Shown here piece after piece: positions 50,729 through 56,535 of a stretch of DNA of 64,000 bases. Position 1 is the first letter of the stretch; every line of letters starts with the position of its first letter. The stretch is taken from assembly GCA_020853395.1 (NCBI GenBank), contig JADYYY010000010.1, forward strand, positions 516,075 through 580,074, written 5' to 3'. The notes below the pieces were generated by a model. That model did not search any database. It was not told the DNA's origin and saw only the letters and a program-made list of their open reading frames with translations. Made by a program: the position numbers and the translations under genes. The DNA comes from Acidobacteriota bacterium. GTDB taxonomy: Bacteria > Acidobacteriota > Vicinamibacteria > Vicinamibacterales > SCN-69-37.

Positions 50729-50746
50729 TGACTCGCCCCGCCGCAA

Positions 50747-51982
50747 TCAGCGCGACCGCTCGTTGAGGCTGAAATACGAGGTGATCCGCCCGGCGGTCGC
50801 GTCGCGCACGAACGCCTTGATGGGGTCGAGCGCGCTCGCGCGCCCATCGGGGCCGAGCATCTCCCCGGCATAACCGAACCTCGCCGACACCGATCGGATG
50901 AACGTGCTCGACTCGTCGAGCGGCAGCGACGCGACGTTGTGCGCGAAATCGTCGAACAGGCCGTCCTGGAAGAGGTACTGCTCGACGTTGGAGACGTAGA
51001 AGGCCGACACCGTCGCGCCACGCTGGCGGAGGTACCGCCCGACGCCGCGCAGCGCCTTCGGCCCGGCGAAGTTGCCGACGACCGGCACGACCAGGTTCCG
51101 CTCCTGAAGGCCCCTGAGGAACCGGTAGTTCGCCTCGGAGGCGAGGTAGCTGCGCGGGCGCCCCTCCCAATCGGTCACGACCATCAGATCCTGATAGGTC
51201 GGGAAGTTGCCCGGCCCGCCGCGTCCGCGCCAGCCGAACGACGGCCCGGTGGAGTACCGCAGGCCGGGACCGTCCCAGAAGAACGCGAAGTAGATCGACT
51301 CGAGCTGATCGAGGTCCGTCGCCGACAGCGGCAAGCCGTGCTTCCTGAGCAGCACGTCGCGGATCCGCCGCGCGTTCTGGCGATAGAGGTCCTCGCTCGT
51401 CGCCACCGGCGCGAACGCGGCGAACAGCGCGTCGACGCTGGCCGACGCGGCGATACCCGGCGGCCGGGGCTTCGAGAAGAGCAGCGCCAGGAAGTCCGCG
51501 CGATCGGCGGACAGCTCGATGATGGCCTTGTACATCAGGTGCTCGAGCAGGTTGCCCCGCCGGATGTCCACGATGAAGGCCATGCGCGGCTCAGTCGCCA
51601 CGATGTAGGTGAAGTTCTGATCCGGAGCCACGCCCAGATAGACGCCGCCGCGCGGCACCAGCCGCTGGAGCGCCGGGATGACGTACTGATACGTGTGCTC
51701 GTTGGAGACGAGGTTCTCGGAGCGGAAGAAGCCGTTCGGCTCCGACAGCTCCGTCGACAACGTCCAGAACTGTTGATCGGTGAGCCGCGCCGGGAGGCGC
51801 GAGCGGGCCTCGGCGCGCGTCGCCTGCTGGACGGCCGGCGCATCCGCGCGCGCGATCCGCGTCCGGTCACCGACGCCGGACCGGTGTGCCCCGGCAGTGC
51901 CGGCCAGGCCGGCGAGCGCGGCGACGAGGACCGCGATCGGCCGCCACCACCTGACCACGAGCCGACGCGGTTCCCTCGGCAT
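50747..51982 (-). CDS. Tandem paralog E (fifth in transcription order) of an uncharacterised exported-protein family
   Basis: ATG at 51982, 3 nt after the paralog D stop. Signal-like N-terminus RWWRPIAVLVAALAGLAGTAGA. Family motifs LTDQQFW, SEPNGFFRSENLVSNE, VYLGVAPDQNFTYI, AFIVDIRRGNLLEHLMYKAIIELS, SYLASEANYRFL, NLVVPVVGNFAGPKALRGVG, AFYVSNVEQYL, SSTFIRS. C-terminus ...AGRITSY. Confidence 0.85.
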   Translation of the reverse strand: MPREPRRLVVRWWRPIAVLVAALAGLAGTAGAHRSGVGDRTRIARADAPAVQQATRAEARSRLPARLTDQQFWTLSTELSEPNGFFRSENLVSNEHTYQYVIPALQRLVPRGGVYLGVAPDQNFTYIVATEPRMAFIVDIRRGNLLEHLMYKAIIELSADRADFLALLFSKPRPPGIAASASVDALFAAFAPVATSEDLYRQNARRIRDVLLRKHGLPLSATDLDQLESIYFAFFWDGPGLRYSTGPSFGWRGRGGPGNFPTYQDLMVVTDWEGRPRSYLASEANYRFLRGLQERNLVVPVVGNFAGPKALRGVGRYLRQRGATVSAFYVSNVEQYLFQDGLFDDFAHNVASLPLDESSTFIRSVSARFGYAGEMLGPDGRASALDPIKAFVRDATAGRITSYFSLNERSR

Positions 51983-51985
51983 CGA

Positions 51986-53086
51986 CTACCGCACGGCGCC
52001 GCGGCTCGTCACGTCGGAATACACCGTGATGCGGCCGGCCTCGACCTGCTGCAGCAGATCCCGAATCGGGTCCATGACGTTGCGCTGCAGCGCCGACCGG
52101 ATGATCACGCTGCGCTCGTCGATGGGCAGCGCCCCCAGGTTCGCATAGAACAGCTCGGCGACGGCGTTGCGGAACAGGTACTGCTCCACGTTCGAGGTGT
52201 AGAACGCCGAGACCACCGCACCGCGGGCCGAGAGATAGGCCCCGATGGCCCGCAACGCCTTGGGGCCGGCGAAGTCGCCCACGACGGGGACGAGCAGATT
52301 CCGCGTCTGGAACGCCCGGAGCCACTGGTAGTTCGTCTCGGTCGCGAGGTACGAATGGCGCTCGCCGTTGAGATCGGTCGACGTCAGCATGTCGGCGTAC
52401 TCGGGCATGTTGCGCATCGCGAACCCGCCCATCGAGTACGTCAACGACGGGCCGTGCTCGAAGAACATCCGGTAAATGGTCGTGAGACCGCCGACGTCGG
52501 CCTCCGACAGGTCGAAGCCGTGCGTCTCGATCAGGTGCGCCAGGATCTGCTGCAGGTTCGCCGCGTACAGCTCCTCGCTCGGCACCGCCGGACGGTAGGC
52601 GTCCACCAACGCAACCACGGGCGTGCGGTCGTCGAGCCCGTCCGGCCGTGCTCTCGAGAACAGCCGCGACAGGGACTCCGCGCGGCTGGCCGACAGCTCG
52701 ATGATGGCCTTGTACATCAGGTGCTCGAGCAGGTTGCCGCGGCGGATGTCGACGATGAACGCGAGGCGCGGCTCGAGCGCAACGATGTAGGTGAAGTTCT
52801 GATCCGGCGCGACGCCGAGGTACACCCCCTGCCGTGGCATCGCGCGCAACGCAGGCACGACGTGCTGCAGCGCACGCTCGTTGCCGACGAGGTTCTCCGA
52901 CTGGAAATAGCCACCCGGCTCCGAGAGCTCGTCGACGAGCGCCCAGTACTCCTTGTCGCTGAGCGACTCGGGCAGGGCCTTGTTCTGGACGGCGCCCGAC
53001 GCCGGCAGCCACACCACCGAGGCCGCCAGCACCACCGCGACGGCCAGCCCGCGGCGACGACGATCCATGCGCACGGCGCGAATCAT
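51986..53086 (-). CDS. Tandem paralog D of the same family
   Basis: ATG at 53086. N-terminus DRRRRGLAVAVVLAASVVWLPASGA. Motifs SEPGGYFQSENLVGNE, VYLGVAPDQNFTYI, AFIVDIRRGNLLEHLMYKAIIELS, SYLATETNYQWL, NLLVPVVGDFAGPKALRAIG, AFYTSNVEQYL. C-terminus ...AGRITVY. Confidence 0.85.
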   Translation of the reverse strand: MIRAVRMDRRRRGLAVAVVLAASVVWLPASGAVQNKALPESLSDKEYWALVDELSEPGGYFQSENLVGNERALQHVVPALRAMPRQGVYLGVAPDQNFTYIVALEPRLAFIVDIRRGNLLEHLMYKAIIELSASRAESLSRLFSRARPDGLDDRTPVVALVDAYRPAVPSEELYAANLQQILAHLIETHGFDLSEADVGGLTTIYRMFFEHGPSLTYSMGGFAMRNMPEYADMLTSTDLNGERHSYLATETNYQWLRAFQTRNLLVPVVGDFAGPKALRAIGAYLSARGAVVSAFYTSNVEQYLFRNAVAELFYANLGALPIDERSVIIRSALQRNVMDPIRDLLQQVEAGRITVYSDVTSRGAVR

Positions 53087-53089
53087 CGC

Positions 53090-54202
53090 CTAACGTCCAT
53101 GACCGTGCGCGAGCACGTCCCGATACGACCGGACGCGGCCGGCGCTCAGGTCCGCGATCAGCCCCGGCATCGAGTCCAAGAGCGAGACGGCGCGCGATCC
53201 GCCGAACGAGGAGCAACTGTCGAAGCACGATCGGATGAACGTGCTGTGCGGCGCAAGCGGCATCGCCGCCACGTTGTTCATGAACGTCGTCCACGTGCCG
53301 TCCTGGAACAGATAGCGCTCGACGTTCGACGTGTAGAAGACGCTCACCACCCCTCCGTGACCGGCGACGTAGGCGCCAATCGCCCGCAACGCTTTCGGAC
53401 CGCCGAAGTTCCCGACGATCGGCACGATCGCGTTCCTCTGCTGGAGGTCCCTGAGCCGCTGGAACCGTTGCTCGTCGGCGAGATAGCCGCGCTGCTGGCC
53501 CGCCGCATCCGTCGCCACCTGGATCTCAGCGAACGTCGGATACCAGTTTCCGGACCGGCTGCTGACGAACCGGAGCTCCGGGCCAGCGGCAACGAACTGC
53601 TCGTAGACATGTCGAATCTCCGGCAGATCGTCCGCGTCGAGTGCAAACCCGTGGCCCTGCGTCAGGTTCTGCGCCACGGCCGCCATCGTTGCCTCGACGT
53701 ACTCGCGGTCGGGGCGCGCCTCGCCATAGGCACGCATCAACGACTCTACCGTGGAGCCGGGCCCCACGCCCGCCGGCACGCGCCTGCCGAACAGCCGCGA
53801 CAGGAACTCCGCGCGCGACGCGGACTGCTCGATGAGCGACTTGTAGAGCAGGTGGAGATGCAGGTTGCCACGCCGCACGTCCGTGATGAACGCCAGCGCC
53901 GGCCTGACCGCGATGATGTACGAGAAGTTCTGCTCGGGACCGACGCCGAGGTAGACGCCGCCGGGAGGAATCGTCTGGACGAGCTCGGGGATGACGGTCT
54001 GAAAGGTGTCCTCGTTCGACAGGAGGTTGTCGGAGTCGAAGTAGCCGTTGGGCTCGGAGAAGTCGGCGACCAGCCGCCAGAACTCCGAATCCGCCAGACG
54101 ATCGGGGAGCGTGGAGGGCGCTGCACGGGTGCCGAGCGACACCGACATCGACGCCGCACACAGCGCCAGCACGACACCGAGCAGCCACCGGCGTCTCGTC
54201 AT
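53090..54202 (-). CDS. Tandem paralog C of the same family
   Basis: ATG at 54202. N-terminus MTRRRWLLGVVLALCAASMSVSLG. Motifs SEPNGYFDSDNLLSNE, VYLGVGPEQNFSYI, AFITDVRRGNLHLHLLYKSL, GYLADEQRFQRL, NAIVPIVGNFGGPKALRAIG, VFYTSNVERYL, HSTFIRS. C-terminus ...AGRVRSY. Confidence 0.85.
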   Translation of the reverse strand: MTRRRWLLGVVLALCAASMSVSLGTRAAPSTLPDRLADSEFWRLVADFSEPNGYFDSDNLLSNEDTFQTVIPELVQTIPPGGVYLGVGPEQNFSYIIAVRPALAFITDVRRGNLHLHLLYKSLIEQSASRAEFLSRLFGRRVPAGVGPGSTVESLMRAYGEARPDREYVEATMAAVAQNLTQGHGFALDADDLPEIRHVYEQFVAAGPELRFVSSRSGNWYPTFAEIQVATDAAGQQRGYLADEQRFQRLRDLQQRNAIVPIVGNFGGPKALRAIGAYVAGHGGVVSVFYTSNVERYLFQDGTWTTFMNNVAAMPLAPHSTFIRSCFDSCSSFGGSRAVSLLDSMPGLIADLSAGRVRSYRDVLAHGHGR

Positions 54203-54214
54203 TGCCCGGCGCCC

Positions 54215-55387
54215 TCAGCGTGACGGCACGGCACATCCATGCGTCTCGGCCTGGATCCCCGCGAGCGACGACGTGAACATCGCGCCGCCGCGGCCACCGC
54301 CACCACGCACCGTCCGGACGAACGTGCTCGACGCCGTCGTCGGCATTGCCGCGACGTTGGCGCAGAACGCCGTCCACTTCCCGTCCTGCCGGAGGTACTG
54401 CTCCACGTTGGACAGGTAGAACGCGTCCACCGTGGCGCCGTGCTGGCGCGCGTACTGCCCCACGGAGCGCAACGCTTTGGACCCGGCGAAATCGCCCACG
54501 ACCGGCACGATGAGGTTGCGCATCTGGAGATCCTTCACGAAGGCGAAGTTCGCCTCGGTCGCGAGGTAGCTGCGCTGCTCACCGGCGCCGTCGTCCATGG
54601 CCATGAGATCGGCGTAGGTGGGCGTGCCCATTCCTCGTCCGCCGAATCCGCGCGGCCCCTGGCCCGTCAGGCGGTAATTCAGATCCGGACCGTCCGCGAA
54701 GAAGGCGGTCCGATAGACGTACTCGATGCCGGCGCGATCCTCGGCCGTCAAGGGCAGCCGCCGGCCCGTGGCGAGCCGTTCGAGCACATCGTTCAGCGTC
54801 CGGCGATACCGCGTTTCGCTGGCCGGCACGCCCTCGATCGCCGCGAACAGCGCTTCGACGCTCGCTCCTCGCGGCAGCGACGGCCGCTCACGCGAGAACA
54901 GCCGCGCCAGGAAGTCCGCGCGGTCGGCCGACAGCTCCATGAGCGCCTTGTACAGCAGATGCTCCTGCAGGTTGCCGCGGCGGATGTCCACGATGAACGC
55001 CATCCGGGGCCGCACGGCCGCGATGTACGTGAAGTTCTGCTCCGGGCCGACGCCGACGTAGAAGCCGCCCGGCTTCACCCGGCGAAGCAGGTCGGGAATG
55101 ACCGTCTGGAAGCGGCCCTCGTTCGACACGAAGTTGTCGGAGTGGAACGTCCCGCCTGGCTCGGAGAACGACGAGGACAAGGTCCAGAACTGCTGATCGG
55201 TCAGGTGCTCCGGCAGCTCCGCCGCCGTTGCAGCGATGCCAGCTCGGCCCAACATGGCCGGCCGCGCGGCCACCGCCCCGCCGATGGCGCAGAGCAGGAT
55301 CGCGGCGAACCACAGGCGGCGAAGGCGCCGGCGATCGTCAGACAGCCGGCGGCGCCCCACGACCATCAGTCCTGCGAACCGCCACAT
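54215..55387 (-). CDS. Tandem paralog B of the same family
   Basis: ATG at 55387 (the alternative ATG at 55366 gives a TGATG junction with paralog A). N-terminus RRLRRLWFAAILLCAIGGAVAARPA. Motifs LTDQQFW, SEPGGTFHSDNFVSNE, FYVGVGPEQNFTYI, AFIVDIRRGNLQEHLLYKAL, SYLATEANFAFV, NLIVPVVGDFAGSKALRSVG, AFYLSNVEQYL. Gly-rich tail GGGGRGG...AETHGC. The 703-aa track ORF is a run-on into paralog A out of frame. Confidence 0.85.
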   Translation of the reverse strand: MWRFAGLMVVGRRRLSDDRRRLRRLWFAAILLCAIGGAVAARPAMLGRAGIAATAAELPEHLTDQQFWTLSSSFSEPGGTFHSDNFVSNEGRFQTVIPDLLRRVKPGGFYVGVGPEQNFTYIAAVRPRMAFIVDIRRGNLQEHLLYKALMELSADRADFLARLFSRERPSLPRGASVEALFAAIEGVPASETRYRRTLNDVLERLATGRRLPLTAEDRAGIEYVYRTAFFADGPDLNYRLTGQGPRGFGGRGMGTPTYADLMAMDDGAGEQRSYLATEANFAFVKDLQMRNLIVPVVGDFAGSKALRSVGQYARQHGATVDAFYLSNVEQYLRQDGKWTAFCANVAAMPTTASSTFVRTVRGGGGRGGAMFTSSLAGIQAETHGCAVPSR

Positions 55388-56451
55388 ACGCGCGTTTCGG
55401 CCGCCATCGATCCCAGCCGGTTGGTCAACCCGCCGCCCCAGCCGAATCCGCCGCCGCCCGACCGGATGAACGTGCTCGACTCGTCGAGCGGCATCGTCGC
55501 CACGTTCGCGCAGAAGGTGCTCCAGATGCCGTCCTGGTTCAAGTACTGCTCGACGTTGGACAGGTAGAACGCCCCCACGACGGCGCCGTGTTCGCGAACG
55601 TACGCGCCGACGGCTCGCAGCGCTTTCGGCCCGCCGAAATTGCCGACGATCGGCACGACCAGGTTCCGCGCTTCGAGCGCGCGAAGGAAGGCGAAGGCTT
55701 CCTCGGACGCCAGATAGCTCGTCGCGGCGCCGGCATTGTCGGTCACGGTCATCAGCGCCGCGTACGTCGACATGCTGCTGCGGTTGCCGCCGCCGCTCGA
55801 CGAGTTGTAGGTGATCGAGGGGCCGAACCAGTAGAAGTTGCGATAGACGTACTCGATGCCGTCGAGATCCTCGGCCGAGAGCGGGAACCGGTGCGGCGAC
55901 TTCGTGAGATGGTTCCTGATGGCCTCGAGGTTCTCGCGATAGACCTCCTCGCCCGAGGTGGCCACTTCGGCGAACCGGCGCACGATCTCGGACACCGGCG
56001 CATCGTCGGCGAGCCCGTCGGGCCGCGGCTTCGTGAAGAGACGCGCGTAGAAGTCCGCGCGCGTCGTCGACATCTCGACGAGCGCCTTGTACATCAACTG
56101 GGTGTGGAGGTTGCCCCTCCGCACGTCGGTGATGAACGCCATCTTCGGCTTCAGCGCGACGATGTAGTTGAAGTTCTGCTCGGGGCCGACGCCGAGGTAG
56201 ACCGCGCCAGGCTTCACCCGCTGCAGAAGATCTGGGAGCACCGCCGGGTAGTAGATCTCGTTCGACAGCAGGTTGTCGGACCGGAAGTAGCCGTTCGGCT
56301 CCGACATCTGCTGCGAGAGCGTCCACAACTCCTGATCGGTGAGCCGCTCAGGGAGCGTGTCGGGCGCCGCACGCACCCGGACGGCCGCTGGTGCCAGCAC
56401 GACGAGCATGCACGCCGCAATGGCTGCGCCACGCACGCGGGTTGGAATCAT
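55366..56451 (-). CDS. Tandem paralog A (first in transcription order) of the same family
   Basis: ATG at 56451. N-terminus MIPTRVRGAAIAACMLVVLAPAAVRVRA. Motifs LTDQELW, SEPNGYFRSDNLLSNE, VYLGVGPEQNFNYI, AFITDVRRGNLHTQLMYKAL, SYLASEEAFAFL, NLVVPIVGNFGGPKALRAVG, AFYLSNVEQYL, SSTFIRS. Gly-rich tail GGGGFGWGGG...AETRVC. Confidence 0.85.
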   Translation of the reverse strand: MIPTRVRGAAIAACMLVVLAPAAVRVRAAPDTLPERLTDQELWTLSQQMSEPNGYFRSDNLLSNEIYYPAVLPDLLQRVKPGAVYLGVGPEQNFNYIVALKPKMAFITDVRRGNLHTQLMYKALVEMSTTRADFYARLFTKPRPDGLADDAPVSEIVRRFAEVATSGEEVYRENLEAIRNHLTKSPHRFPLSAEDLDGIEYVYRNFYWFGPSITYNSSSGGGNRSSMSTYAALMTVTDNAGAATSYLASEEAFAFLRALEARNLVVPIVGNFGGPKALRAVGAYVREHGAVVGAFYLSNVEQYLNQDGIWSTFCANVATMPLDESSTFIRSGGGGFGWGGGLTNRLGSMAAETRVCGGSQD

Positions 56452-56535
56452 AGGGAGTCTCGCGCTTCAGTCTACACCGGAGCCTCGAGCCGTGCGCGGC
56501 GCGCCGACGAGCAACGCGGTGGCGACCGGGCGCAC

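Noticed and set aside
50454-50746. Search for tRNA or other small RNA genes in this and the other spacers longer than 75 nt (1734-1894, 4669-4874, 17713-17972, 23041-23226, 56452-56535, 58978-59314)
   Set aside because: No cloverleaf-compatible sequence (acceptor stem or T-loop GTTCRANYC-like motif) was seen by eye. This cannot be excluded without tRNAscan or cmscan.
50939-54223. 1094-aa plus-strand ORF antisense to paralogs C, D and E
   Set aside because: Five-fold protein-level conservation supports the minus-strand frames. The antisense product is Arg/Asp/Glu/Val-rich without motifs. Its internal similarity merely mirrors the paralogy of the real genes.
54215-56326. 703-aa ORF that would fuse paralog B with sequence overlapping paralog A
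   Set aside because: Its N-terminal ~310 aa are an out-of-frame read-through of paralog A (Arg/Ala-rich, no family motifs). The family alignment shows the real gene starts at the ATG at 55387 or 55366.
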